From the NCBI GenBank assembly GCA_964651705.1, contig CAZYWZ010000016.1, forward strand, positions 967 through 64,966: a stretch of DNA of 64,000 bases, in the 5' to 3' direction. This document shows positions 53,859 through 64,000 of this stretch, piece by piece (the stretch's first letter is position 1; each line of letters opens with the position of its first letter). Under the pieces are notes generated by a model. The model made no database searches, was not told the origin of the DNA, and saw only the letters and a list, made by a program, of their open reading frames with translations. Origin of the DNA: an uncultured Verrucomicrobiales bacterium. Lineage in GTDB: Bacteria > Verrucomicrobiota > Verrucomicrobiia > JADLBR01. The position numbers and the translations under genes were made by a program.

Positions 53859-56800
53859 ATGAGCCAGGGAACCCATCATAGGAAAGTCATTGCCGTCTGC
53901 GCGGCGTGGGCGTGGCTCCTTGGCGCGGGCGCGTTCGCGCGCGCGGAGGACGAGGCGCAGGGGGTTATCGCGAAGAGCGGATTTTCCGGGGGCGTGGTGG
54001 CGCATGTCCATGGCGCGGATGACGCGCTGTTGCGCTCCTTGTGCGAGCGGCGCCCGAACATGCTGGGCCAGTTGCTCGTGGCGGAGGAGGACGGCGCCCG
54101 GCGGGCGCGCGAGGCGCTTGTCGCGTCGGGCCTGCACGGGAAGATCACCGTGGGGCAATGGCGAGGCGGGGTCCTGCCGTTCATCGATAACTTCGTGAAT
54201 CTCCTGATCGTGTCCGGTGCCGACGCGGTGCCGCGGGAGGAGATCTTGCGCGTGCTCGCGCCGGAGGGGACGGCCCTCGTCGGCGGGGAGAGGGTCGTCA
54301 AACCGCGCCCTGCCACGATGGACGATTGGACACACCAGCTCTACGACGCCACCGGCAATGCCGTCTCGAAGGACAAGGTGCTGCGGCCGCCGCTGCAACA
54401 CCTGCAGTGGATCGGCGGTCCGCGCTGGTCGCGTCACCACGACAAGATGTCCAGCGTCTCGGCCTGCGTGAGCGGCGACGGGAAGGTGTTCTATATCTTC
54501 GACGAGGGGAGCACGTTCACGCCATACCTGCCCTGCCACTGGAAGCTCATCACGCGCGACGCGTTCAACGGGGTCATTTTGTGGAAGCGGCCGATCGATC
54601 GGTGGAGCGGCAATCTCTACGGGCTCAAGAGCGGCCCCTCGACCCTGCCGCGCCGGGTGGTCGTGGCGGGCAAGCGTGTCTGCGCGACTCTGGGGATCGA
54701 TGCCCCCGTCTCGGTGTTGGACACGGATACCGGGGAAGTCCTCAAAACCCTCGCCGGGACGGAGGGCACCGAGGAGATCATCCACGAAGATGGGATGCTC
54801 TATCTGGTGGCCGACACGAACGAGGACAAGGAGGAATTCGAGAACGGGCCGCGGATGAATTTCCCTGGGGGCAAATGGATCATCCGCAAGAAGCAGGTCC
54901 TGTGCTGCGATCTCGACGCGGGGAAGGTGCTCTGGTCGAAATCCTTCGACTGGGTCGCGCCGGCCACGCTGAGCGCCTCGAAGGGCAAGGTGTATCTCTT
55001 CGATGGAAAGCACGTGGTCGCGCTGGGCCGCGAGACCGGCGAGGTGCTGTGGAAATCCGCGGAACTGCCTGTGTGGCAACAGATGGCGACTTTCTACGCG
55101 CCGAGGCTGGTGGTGCAGGGCGGGGTGGTGATGTTTGTCGGCGGCGAAGACTACGTGCCGCACCGGGGCAGCGCCGGGGGCCAGGTGGCCGGGATGTCTA
55201 CGGAGAATGGCAAGATCCTCTGGAAAGAGAAGCACCTCTCGGGCGGCTACCAGTCGCCCGGCGACCTGCTGGTGATCGGTGGCAAGATGTGGGCGGCGAA
55301 TGTCACCTCCGGGAGGAAGGAGAGCCCCACGGGGACGGGAGAGATCGTGGCCCGGAATCCGGGCACCGGCCAGGAAGAGAAGAAGTATGACGATATCCCG
55401 GCGTATTGGTTCCACCATCGATGCTACCCGGCCAAGGCCACGGAGGACTTCCTCATCATGAGCCGCACCGGCACGGAATTCGTGGATCTCGATACGGGCG
55501 AGTGGACGTTGCACCACTGGGTGCGGGGCGCGTGCCTGTACGGCATCATGCCCGCCAACGGGTTGCTCTACGCGCCTCAGCACCCCTGCTCGTGCTACAT
55601 CGGCGCGAAGATGTACGGTTTCACCGCGCTGGCGCCCGCGGGTGCCTCGAGGGCCGTCCTCCAGCCCCTGCCCGACGATCGGCGGCTGAGCGCCGCCCCC
55701 GGTGCGGGCACGGCCTTCCCGAGACGAGAGGCGCGGGAGAAAGGCGAATGGCCCACCTACAGGGGCGACGTCGCCCGCAGCGGGCTCGTCGGCGGGATCA
55801 ACGCGCCCGGCCGATTGAAGTGGTCGACCAAGCTGCCCGGGGCGCCGACGCAGCCGGTGATCGCCGGACAGAAAGTTCTCGTGGCCGACAAGGACAACCC
55901 GGTCCTGTGCGCCTTCGACGCCGCCACCGGCGCGCCGGCCTGGCGGTTCATCCCCGGGGGGCGGATCGATTCCTCGCCCGCCATCTACAAGGGTCTGGTC
56001 TACTTCGGGGCCTCGGACGGATTTGTCTATTGCCTCGACCTGGGAAGCGGCGCCTTGCGCTGGAAATATCAGGCGGCTCCGGCGGTGGCGCATCACATGT
56101 ACATGGAGCGGATGGAGGCGACCCATCCGGTCCACGGCAACGTCCTGGTGATGAACGACCGGCTCTACACCGTGGCCGGGCGCTCGATGTTCAACGATGG
56201 CGGCATCCGCTTCCTGATTCTCGACGCGCTCACGGGGCGCAAGATCAAGGAGCACATCATGGACGACAAGGTGCCCGGCACGGGGGAGTCGCTGCAGATG
56301 CAGCACGAGATCCTCAACATGCCGATGGCCCTGTCCGACCTGCTGTCCTCGAATGGGAAGAAGATATTCATGCGGTATCAGCCCTTCGATCTGGAAGGGA
56401 ACCGCCTCGACCTGATTTTCAGCGGCAAGCTGTACGGCTACGAGCCCGGGAGCTACGGGGAGCACGTCGCGATGACGCACGATCCGGTCGCCACGAAACA
56501 GAAGGGCGAGGACGCACACCTCTTCAGCGGCACCGGATTCCTGGACGACAGCTGGTGGCATCGCACCTATTGGATCTACGGCAAATATCACGCCTCGGGC
56601 CACAGCGGTTACACGCAGGCGGGCGCCAAGGGCGCGCCGGCCGGCCGCATGATCGCGTTCGACCAGGACCGGATCTACACATGGGGCCGGCTCCAGCGCT
56701 TCTTCAAGTGGTCGGAGGAATACGTCTTTCACCTCCACGCCAAGAATTATGAGTACGAGGACCAGTGGAGCGTCATGCTGCCGATCCTGGTGCGGGCGAT

Positions 56801-57737
56801 GGTGGCGTCCGATGACCGCCTGTTCCTGCTCGGTCCCGAGGAGATCATGCGGCAGGACGAGGTCAAGCTGCGGATCACGGAGGCGGAGGTACAGAAGATC
56901 ATGGCGGAGCAGGAGAAGGCCATCGACGGCAAGTCCGGCTCGATCCTGCTGGCCGTCGACAAGCGCTCCGGGAAGATCCTGTCCGGCCATCGCATGGCGG
57001 TCGCGCCGGTGCTGGACGGCATGGCCGGCGCCTACGGCAACCTGTACGTGGCGGCGACCGACGGGACGGTCAGTTGCATCGGCGCTGACGGCCAGGGCCT
57101 CGAGGCGCTGGCGGACGGGAAGATCGAGGAATGGAACAAGAACTCCGCGCCCCCGCCGCCGCCCCCGCCGGCGAAGGGCAAGGGCAAGAAGAAGGGCGCG
57201 CCGACGAAGGCGGCCCCGGTATCCGGACCGCCCAAGGACGCCGATTTCTCTAAGGTGGATGGCGCGCGCGTCTTCCAGTCGGCTCTGGGATATCGGGTCG
57301 CGGCGGAGGGAAAGGCCATCGGGACCGCGGTGAAGAAACTCGATGCGCCCGCGGGCGGGAAGGTGACGCTGAAGTGCGAGCTGCAATATGCGAGCGAAGG
57401 GGGCCCGAACAACGGCTATCTCGCCTTCGGGGATGGCGATGACGAGGCGGGGCTGGTGAAATGCGGCCTGCGGATGAAGAAGAAGACCGCCGCGGTCATC
57501 CAGGGGCCGCTCGCCAAGGAAAAGGGCGCGACGTCGCCGTGCGCCACGGAGGAGGGAAAACCGTACGAGCTTGCCGTGACCGTGGATCTGGCGTCCGGGG
57601 ACGTCACCCTCTCGGCTGGAGGCGCGACGGTGAGGGCAAAGCTGGAGCGGCCGATCGCCGCGATCACCCACGTCGGCTACTGCGTCAGCGGGACGTCGGC
57701 GGATTTTGGCGCGATCGAGGTCGCGGCATCGCGATGA
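53859..57737 (+). CDS. 1292-aa exported PQQ-like (BamB-like) beta-propeller repeat protein with a methyltransferase-fold-like N-terminal domain, Pro/Lys-rich linker and C-terminal jelly-roll-like domain
   Basis: SD aaggagag before ATG 53859. Signal peptide RKVIAVCAAWAWLLGAGAFARA. Repeated propeller signatures: GKVLWSKSF, GEVLWKSAE, GKILWKEKH, GAPAWRFIPGG, GALRWKYQAA. Linker SAPPPPPPPAKGKGKKKGAPTKAAP at about 57141-57238. The ORF-track start 53358 is an upstream artefact. Confidence 0.75.
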   Translation: MSQGTHHRKVIAVCAAWAWLLGAGAFARAEDEAQGVIAKSGFSGGVVAHVHGADDALLRSLCERRPNMLGQLLVAEEDGARRAREALVASGLHGKITVGQWRGGVLPFIDNFVNLLIVSGADAVPREEILRVLAPEGTALVGGERVVKPRPATMDDWTHQLYDATGNAVSKDKVLRPPLQHLQWIGGPRWSRHHDKMSSVSACVSGDGKVFYIFDEGSTFTPYLPCHWKLITRDAFNGVILWKRPIDRWSGNLYGLKSGPSTLPRRVVVAGKRVCATLGIDAPVSVLDTDTGEVLKTLAGTEGTEEIIHEDGMLYLVADTNEDKEEFENGPRMNFPGGKWIIRKKQVLCCDLDAGKVLWSKSFDWVAPATLSASKGKVYLFDGKHVVALGRETGEVLWKSAELPVWQQMATFYAPRLVVQGGVVMFVGGEDYVPHRGSAGGQVAGMSTENGKILWKEKHLSGGYQSPGDLLVIGGKMWAANVTSGRKESPTGTGEIVARNPGTGQEEKKYDDIPAYWFHHRCYPAKATEDFLIMSRTGTEFVDLDTGEWTLHHWVRGACLYGIMPANGLLYAPQHPCSCYIGAKMYGFTALAPAGASRAVLQPLPDDRRLSAAPGAGTAFPRREAREKGEWPTYRGDVARSGLVGGINAPGRLKWSTKLPGAPTQPVIAGQKVLVADKDNPVLCAFDAATGAPAWRFIPGGRIDSSPAIYKGLVYFGASDGFVYCLDLGSGALRWKYQAAPAVAHHMYMERMEATHPVHGNVLVMNDRLYTVAGRSMFNDGGIRFLILDALTGRKIKEHIMDDKVPGTGESLQMQHEILNMPMALSDLLSSNGKKIFMRYQPFDLEGNRLDLIFSGKLYGYEPGSYGEHVAMTHDPVATKQKGEDAHLFSGTGFLDDSWWHRTYWIYGKYHASGHSGYTQAGAKGAPAGRMIAFDQDRIYTWGRLQRFFKWSEEYVFHLHAKNYEYEDQWSVMLPILVRAMVASDDRLFLLGPEEIMRQDEVKLRITEAEVQKIMAEQEKAIDGKSGSILLAVDKRSGKILSGHRMAVAPVLDGMAGAYGNLYVAATDGTVSCIGADGQGLEALADGKIEEWNKNSAPPPPPPPAKGKGKKKGAPTKAAPVSGPPKDADFSKVDGARVFQSALGYRVAAEGKAIGTAVKKLDAPAGGKVTLKCELQYASEGGPNNGYLAFGDGDDEAGLVKCGLRMKKKTAAVIQGPLAKEKGATSPCATEEGKPYELAVTVDLASGDVTLSAGGATVRAKLERPIAAITHVGYCVSGTSADFGAIEVAASR

Positions 57738-57803
57738 ACGGGCCTCGCGCGAGACAGGGGTCGGGGATCCGGCGGATCTCGTCCGGCGGATCGGGCAGGA
57801 TCC

Positions 57804-58788
<985 letters not shown>

Positions 58789-58808
<20 letters not shown>

Positions 58809-59679
58809 CCAGCGCCTGCGCCAGCTCCAGCTGCGCACGCGATACCCGGTCGAACACCTCCTCACGGGTGAGTACCGGAGCGTCTTCAAGGGCCGGGGGA
58901 TGGATTTCGACGAGATCTGCCCGTACCACCCCGGCGACGAGGTCCGGTCCATCGACTGGAACGTGACCGCCCGGACGGGCCGGCCCCACGTGAGGCGGTA
59001 CATCGAGGAGCGCGAGCTGGCCGTCTGGCTGGTGGTGGACGCCTCGGCCTCCTGCCGGATCGCCGCGCCCGGGCGCACGAAGTGGGATGCGATGCACGAG
59101 CTCGCGGCGCTGATCACGCTTTCCGCGACCCGCAATCACGACCGGGTCGGGATGATCCTCTGGTCCGACCGGGTCGAGCAGATCCTCCAGCCCAGGAAAG
59201 GCCGGCAGCACGCCCTGCGCCTGCTGGCGGATCTCCTGGCCGCCGAGCCCCGCGGCCGAGGCAGCGATCCCGCGGCCGCCCTCGATGCGCTCCTTCACAT
59301 GGCGAGGCGACGCGCCCTCGTCCTGCTGCTGTCCGATTTCCTCTTCGGCGTGGATCGCGAGCAGCTCGGCGCGGTGGCGTTCCGTCACGACCTCGTGGGC
59401 ATCGCCGTGAATCATCCCGCCGAGCGCCAGCCGCCGCCCTGCGGCCTGGCCGCCGTCCGTGATTCGGAGACCGGCGGGACTCTGGTCGCCGACCTCGGGC
59501 CGGCGGGACGCGATGCCTGCCGGGACGCGTTTGGCGCCCGGCGCGCGCGGCTGCGGGAGGAGTTCGGGGCGGTCCGCGCCGATCTTCTCGAGCTCGACAC
59601 CCGAAGCGATTGCGCGGAAGAATTGGCCCGATTCTTCCGCGGTCGCATGAGGAGGACCGCCGATGAGACCGGGGGTTGA
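58789..59679 (+). CDS. DUF58 domain protein (MoxR partner)
   Basis: EYRSVFKGRGMDFDEICPYHPGDEVRSIDWNVTARTGRPHVRRYIEEREL is the DUF58 signature. ATG 58789 overlaps the moxR 3' end by 20 nt. Confidence 0.85.
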
Positions 59680-60073
59680 CCTTCGCCGCGCGGGTATTCC
59701 TTCCGCCGCACTGGCGCTCCTGCTCTTGGCCGCTCCTGCGGCGTTGGCGCGGGCGGCGGTTCGCCTCGGTTGCGAACCCCGGACGTTTGAGGTCGTGGCG
59801 GGCCAGCCGGTGCGGGCCGAGCTGACGGTCGAGGCCGACTCGGCAGACCCGATCCGTCTCCGCATACCCGCGGATCCCGCGCTCGTGTTGCGAGCCGTGG
59901 AGAAACCGCCGGTGCAACGCACCAGAGATGGCGTCATCGTCCACAGGCGGGTGGTCATCTGGCAGGCGCTCCGGCCGGGAATCGTCAAGCTGACGGACAT
60001 CACGGTCGAGACCCGGGGCCAGAAACGGATTTTCCCCGAGATCACCATTCGAGTCCGCGAGGCCGGGCCATGA
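59663..60073 (+). CDS. Small secreted protein, single BatD-like Ig-type module
   Basis: Signal peptide AGIPSAALALLLLAAPAALARA. Then FEVVAGQPVRAELTVEADSADPIRLRIP...GIVKLTDITVE, which resembles the N-terminal module of BatD-type proteins. It overlaps both neighbours. Confidence 0.4.
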   Translation: MRPGVDLRRAGIPSAALALLLLAAPAALARAAVRLGCEPRTFEVVAGQPVRAELTVEADSADPIRLRIPADPALVLRAVEKPPVQRTRDGVIVHRRVVIWQALRPGIVKLTDITVETRGQKRIFPEITIRVREAGP

Positions 60074-61101
60074 CGTTTGCCTTCCCCTGGATTCTGTTGC
60101 TGCTCCCGCTCGCGCTCGCCGCGCTGTGGGAACGTCGTTTTGCCGCGGTCACGGTGCCGGCGCTGGCGGTGTGGCGGGACGTGCGGCCCTCGCGAAGGCT
60201 CGTCTGGTTGCGGCGACTCCGCCCGATGCGGGCGGCGGCGGTCGCGCTCCTAATCGCGGCGTGCGCGGGGCCGCAGGTCGAGCGGAGGGTCGGGGAGGAG
60301 ACGCGGCAGGGTGTCGCCATCCAGTTGCTCATCGACATCTCGAGCAGCATGGACCAGGACCTGGCGTCGGGCGATGAGGCGAGGATGTCGCGCCTCGAGG
60401 GGGCCAAGCGGGTCGTCGAGCCATTCATCCGCCACCGGCCCGACGACTTGATCGGGCTGATCACGTTTGCCCGCTACGCCGACACCTTGAGTCCGCTCAC
60501 GCAAGGGCACGATGCGCTCATCGAGATCGTCCGGGGCCTCGCCGTGCAGGAACTTCCCAACGAAGACGGCACCGGTTACGGCGATGCGCTCGCCCTCGCC
60601 TGCGCCCGCCTCGATCAGATGGGCCAGTGGCAGGCCTCGGCTGGAGGGGCAAAAGACGAGTCCCCCGCTGCGGTGCGCAGCAAGGTGGTCGTGCTGCTCA
60701 CCGACGGCGAGAACAACTGCGGTGCCCACCTGCCGGAAGAGGCCGCCGGGCTGGCGAAAAAGTGGGGCATCCGGGTGTATGCCATCAGCATGGGGGACGC
60801 CGCCGCCGGGGCCGAGCAGGCACCGGATGACGACGGGCTCACCGATGCCGAGAAGCTGTTGCGCCGGTTGGCCGACGAGACCGGGGGCGCATACTGGAAG
60901 ATCGGGAGCGCGGCCGAGCTGGAGGAGGTATACGCGGGGATCGATCGGCTCGAGACCAGCGCGATCCGGAGCGCCATCGCGTACCGGACCGAGATCAGGC
61001 CGCTGTACCAATACCTTGCCCTGGCCGCGCTGGCGGCGCTGCTGGTGGAGCGGGTCTTGTGCGCCACGTGGTTGCGCGTCGCGGAGGAGGTGCATCCTTG
61101 A
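60070..61101 (+). CDS. batA: BatA-like membrane-anchored von Willebrand factor A (VWA) protein
   Basis: N-terminal MTFAFPWILLLLPLALAALW (BatA_N type), MIDAS motif DISSSM, VVLLTDGENN, and a C-terminal TM helix YLALAALAALLV. ATGA overlap with the upstream gene. Confidence 0.8.
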   Translation: MTFAFPWILLLLPLALAALWERRFAAVTVPALAVWRDVRPSRRLVWLRRLRPMRAAAVALLIAACAGPQVERRVGEETRQGVAIQLLIDISSSMDQDLASGDEARMSRLEGAKRVVEPFIRHRPDDLIGLITFARYADTLSPLTQGHDALIEIVRGLAVQELPNEDGTGYGDALALACARLDQMGQWQASAGGAKDESPAAVRSKVVVLLTDGENNCGAHLPEEAAGLAKKWGIRVYAISMGDAAAGAEQAPDDDGLTDAEKLLRRLADETGGAYWKIGSAAELEEVYAGIDRLETSAIRSAIAYRTEIRPLYQYLALAALAALLVERVLCATWLRVAEEVHP

Positions 61102-63152
61102 CCCTTGGCTCGCCATGGATGCTGCTCTTGCTGCTGCCGGTGGCCTTGGCCGGATGGCTCATGGCGCGCGCCCGGCGGCTCCAATCCGAGGCGGCGTGTC
61201 AGCTCAAGGGGGCCGTCCCCGGAATCGTGCGGCGCGGGTTGGGTGGCCGCGATGGTATGGCCCTGGCGGCGCTGGCGTGCACGGTCCTCGCGCTCGCCCG
61301 GCCGCAGTGGGACCCGCGCCCCCAGGGCGTGGAGCGGCGGGGGCGCGATCTGGTCATCGCCCTGGACGTGTCGCGGAGCATGTTGGCGGCGGACGTTTTC
61401 CCGAGTCGGCTGGAGGCCGCGCGGATCGCGATCCACGAGGCGCTGCCGGCATGGGCCGGGCAGCGGGTCGCGCTGATCACGTTTGCCGGATCGGCGGCGG
61501 TGCGCGTCCCGCTGACGCTCGACCACGGGTTCGTGCGCTACATGCTCGAGCGCGCGGACCCGTCGGACGCGGACATGGGGAGCACGTCGCTGCAGGCGGC
61601 ATTCGAGAAGGCGGCGGACACCGTATTGAGCGATGCGGCGGGGCGACGGGATCTGGTCGTGTTCACCGATGGCGAGGATCACCTGAGCGACATGGGGAGG
61701 GCCGCGGACATCCTGAGGGAATCCGGTGCGCGCGCCCTGCTCGTCGGATTGGGCGATCCCGTCGATGGCGCGCGCGTGCCGGACACTTCGGTCACGAATC
61801 GATGGATGCGGCACGGGGGCGCCGAGGTGGTCTCGCGCCTGGAGGAACGGACGCTGGCCGGGCTGGCCGCCGCCAGTCCCCGCGCGACCTATTATCCCGC
61901 GCGGACCCGCCCGTTCGATCTGGTGCCACTCTACCGGCAGATGATTTCCAGCGCGTCCGATGATGCGGTCGTGGGGGAGCTGCGACAGGTCCGTTACACG
62001 GAAGGCTACCCGTATCTTCTGGCCCTGGCGGCGGCGCTGTGGCTCGCCTCGACATCCCGGGCGTTATCGGGGACCCGACCTCTGGCCGCGCTCGCCCTGC
62101 TGCTGTACGGGTGCGGCGGGCCGTCGGAGGACGCCGGGGAGGCGCTGTACCGGGAACGGTCCAGGCGGGGAGCCGAGTTGTCCCAACATGCGCAGGAGCA
62201 AGTCGCCGTCGATCCTTTCGGGGCGCGCGCGCTCCTGACCGATGCGCGCGAGCAATTCCTGTGCGCCGCGCTGCTTCGGCCCGGCGACGCCGCCGCGGCC
62301 CGCCAGATAACCGCCATCACCGGGCGCCTCGGGGATCTGGATGCCGAGATCGAGAAGCAACGGGCGGAGGAAGGGAAGCGGCGCGCGGCGATCGCCGAGG
62401 TCATCGGGCAACTCGAGGGCCTCGCGGTGCGCCAGGCCCAGCTCGCCAACGAGAGCGCGCGGATGCTCGCCCGACGCCTTGCCGCGAAGGGTGAGGACCT
62501 GAGCGAGAGCGGCGCCAGCGCCAACGAGATCGAGTACAACGAGCCGGTCGTGGGCCGCGGCGATATCGACCGCCGCCTGGCCTCGGCCAGCGCGAAAGAA
62601 CAGCGGGCCGTGCACGATGGGACCGCCGGCGTCCTGGAGGGCGTCGCCTTTCAGCGGGAAACGCTCCGGCAGTTGCTCGCGCGCGCCTACGGCGACACGG
62701 GCAAACCGCCCCCGACCGAGTTGGACCCCGTGGCGGAGTTGCTGTCGGGGGCCATCGCCGCGCAACAGCAGGCGCTGTCCAGCCTGCGGCCCGAATGGAT
62801 CCGATGGCCGCAGGCGAACGCCGCGTTCCACGCCGCGGCGGGAAAGATGGATCAGGCCATCGAGGTGCTCCGGAGCCAGCAGCCGCCGTCCGAGGATCAG
62901 AACGCCGGCGCCATGCCCCCCATGAACGATGGCGCCTATGACGAGGACATGGACTTGAACGACGGGGGGAACGGGGCCGGGGCGCGGCGCCCCGTGTCGG
63001 CTGGTGATTTCAGCGCGGCGCTCGCGCTGCGGTCGTTGCCCGTGCCTCACCTCACGTCCGCGGACATCATGGCCGAGGAGACCGCAAACCAGCAGAAACG
63101 CGCCCGGCGAAAAGCGGCTCGCGCGGGTGCGAGGGTGGAGAAGAACTGGTGA
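61098..63152 (+). CDS. batB: BatB-like VWA protein with a roughly 350-aa C-terminal coiled-coil-like extension
   Basis: Start is TTG 61098 (TTGA overlap) or ATG 61119. N-terminal SPWMLLLLLPVALAGWL, MIDAS motif DVSRSM, LVVFTDGEDH, a second TM helix YLLALAAALWLA, then an Ala/Arg/Glu-rich helical region (...LDAEIEKQRAEEGKRRAAIAEVIGQLEGLAVRQAQL...). Confidence 0.7.
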   Translation: MTLGSPWMLLLLLPVALAGWLMARARRLQSEAACQLKGAVPGIVRRGLGGRDGMALAALACTVLALARPQWDPRPQGVERRGRDLVIALDVSRSMLAADVFPSRLEAARIAIHEALPAWAGQRVALITFAGSAAVRVPLTLDHGFVRYMLERADPSDADMGSTSLQAAFEKAADTVLSDAAGRRDLVVFTDGEDHLSDMGRAADILRESGARALLVGLGDPVDGARVPDTSVTNRWMRHGGAEVVSRLEERTLAGLAAASPRATYYPARTRPFDLVPLYRQMISSASDDAVVGELRQVRYTEGYPYLLALAAALWLASTSRALSGTRPLAALALLLYGCGGPSEDAGEALYRERSRRGAELSQHAQEQVAVDPFGARALLTDAREQFLCAALLRPGDAAAARQITAITGRLGDLDAEIEKQRAEEGKRRAAIAEVIGQLEGLAVRQAQLANESARMLARRLAAKGEDLSESGASANEIEYNEPVVGRGDIDRRLASASAKEQRAVHDGTAGVLEGVAFQRETLRQLLARAYGDTGKPPPTELDPVAELLSGAIAAQQQALSSLRPEWIRWPQANAAFHAAAGKMDQAIEVLRSQQPPSEDQNAGAMPPMNDGAYDEDMDLNDGGNGAGARRPVSAGDFSAALALRSLPVPHLTSADIMAEETANQQKRARRKAARAGARVEKNW

Positions 63153-64000
63153 GGGCCGCGCGCGCCATTCCGTTGCCGGTGGTGGCGCTGGGGCTCTTGG
63201 CCCCCGCGGCGCTCGCGGATATCGCCGTCCGTCTCGCGCCGGAGACCGCCACCCTCTTCGTTCACGAGCCATTCGCGCTTCGGCTCGAGGTCGAAAGCGA
63301 CGTCCCGCCCGAGACGCCGGATCTTCCCGCCGTGCCCGGCCTCACCGTGGTCACCATCCGTCGCCTGCCTCCGGAACCGGCCCGACAAAAACACGCTTTC
63401 CGGATCGCGCTGATCGCCGAGCGGGATGGCATCTTGACCCTGCCTCCCTTCGCGGTGCGCGCGGGCGGGGAATCCGCGATGACGCCACCGTTGCGCATGC
63501 GCCTCAGGGCACCGCGCCGCGCGACGGAAATGGATTTGAAGATCGAGGTCGAGCCGACCGAGTTGCGGGTGGGTCAACCCGCCACCGTCACGGTGACCTG
63601 GACCAGCGCCGTGCCGTTTGCCCGATGCAAGCAACTCCTGATCGAGATGCCTCTGGTCGCCGACGAGCGGTGTCGCCTCTTCCCGCTCGACCCCCCGGGG
63701 GCGGAGGGAAAGCGGACGGGGCTGCCGGTGAACAACCAGCGCCTCGTGGCCGGGGGCGGCATCTCGCCGGACGGGCGGCGATGGCTGGCGTTTCGCTACA
63801 AGCTGGTGCCGCGCGAACCCTGCCTCTTGCGAGCGCACGACGCGCGGCTCTCGTGCGCCCTGATGGATGCCGGGGCGCCGACCGAGGGCTCGCCGGGCCA
63901 TTTCTATAATCATTTCTTCATGGCGCCGGGTCGGGACGAGCCGCACGAGCGGATCTATCTGACCGCGCCCGTCCCCGAGATCACCGCCAGGGCATTGCCG
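63149..64000 (+). CDS. batD: BatD-like (oxygen-tolerance family) protein, partial (runs off the right edge)
   Basis: GTG 63149 overlaps the batB-like stop (GTGA). The frame is open to base 64000, so it is absent from the ORF track, which needs a stop codon. Signal peptide VRAARAIPLPVVALGLLAPAALA. Repeated Ig-like modules: FVHEPFALRLEVES..., LRVGQPATVTVTWTS... Confidence 0.5.
   Translation, partial: MRAARAIPLPVVALGLLAPAALADIAVRLAPETATLFVHEPFALRLEVESDVPPETPDLPAVPGLTVVTIRRLPPEPARQKHAFRIALIAERDGILTLPPFAVRAGGESAMTPPLRMRLRAPRRATEMDLKIEVEPTELRVGQPATVTVTWTSAVPFARCKQLLIEMPLVADERCRLFPLDPPGAEGKRTGLPVNNQRLVAGGGISPDGRRWLAFRYKLVPREPCLLRAHDARLSCALMDAGAPTEGSPGHFYNHFFMAPGRDEPHERIYLTAPVPEITARALP

Noticed and set aside
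63004-63946. ORF-track entries 63004-63909 (+) and 63047-63946 (-) as genes at the right edge
   Set aside because: Both are out-of-frame shadows of the BatD-like frame that opens at GTG 63149 and stays open to the window end. Their translations are Arg/Gly/Pro-rich and motif-free.

Overview
This is a GC-rich, almost fully coding bacterial chromosomal window with no rRNA, tRNA, CRISPR array, transposase or integrase. The gene content points to the PVC superphylum, most likely Verrucomicrobiota or a Planctomycetota-like organism; this is an inference from a DUF1549/DUF1553 + DUF1501 pair, many Cys-type sulfatases, twin-arginine leaders on glycosidases and a MoxR-DUF58-VWA (Bat-like) operon.

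The window is dominated by an enzyme-only locus for breaking down sulfated, fucose-rich glycans. It holds 10 sulfatase domains, all with the C-x-P-x-R formylglycine motif. It also holds 4 intact GH29 alpha-L-fucosidases, one divergent GH29-like protein and one decayed GH29 relic. There are 3 right-handed beta-helix proteins, 2 stand-alone five-bladed-propeller glycosidase-like paralogues and several secreted proteins I cannot assign to a family. No SusC/D, TonB-dependent receptor, ABC or MFS transporter is visible.

Gene layout:
- Two tightly packed plus-strand operons at 190-12694 and 12922-20101.
- A DUF1549/1553 - DUF1501 - PPC-domain triad at 20615-25788.
- Two tandem VapBC-type toxin-antitoxin (TA) modules at 26131-27585.
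- A beta-helix gene followed by an 1811-aa protein with three predicted catalytic modules (glycosidase-sulfatase-propeller) at 27830-35641.
- A minus-strand IclR regulator whose stop overlaps the start of a 1368-aa exported LamG/propeller/double-CxxCH protein at 35800-40730.
- A second eight-gene fucosidase/sulfatase/beta-helix operon at 40860-53107.
- A decayed third TA module at 53121-53566.
- A 1292-aa PQQ-like beta-propeller protein followed by a Bat-like operon at 53859-64000, which runs off the right edge.

Most worth follow-up are the three-module giant enzyme, the sulfatase/TIM-barrel-like fusion, the IclR-coupled CxxCH giant and the function-unknown DUF1549/1553-DUF1501-PPC triad. All family assignments come from reading motifs by eye and need HMM or structure confirmation.
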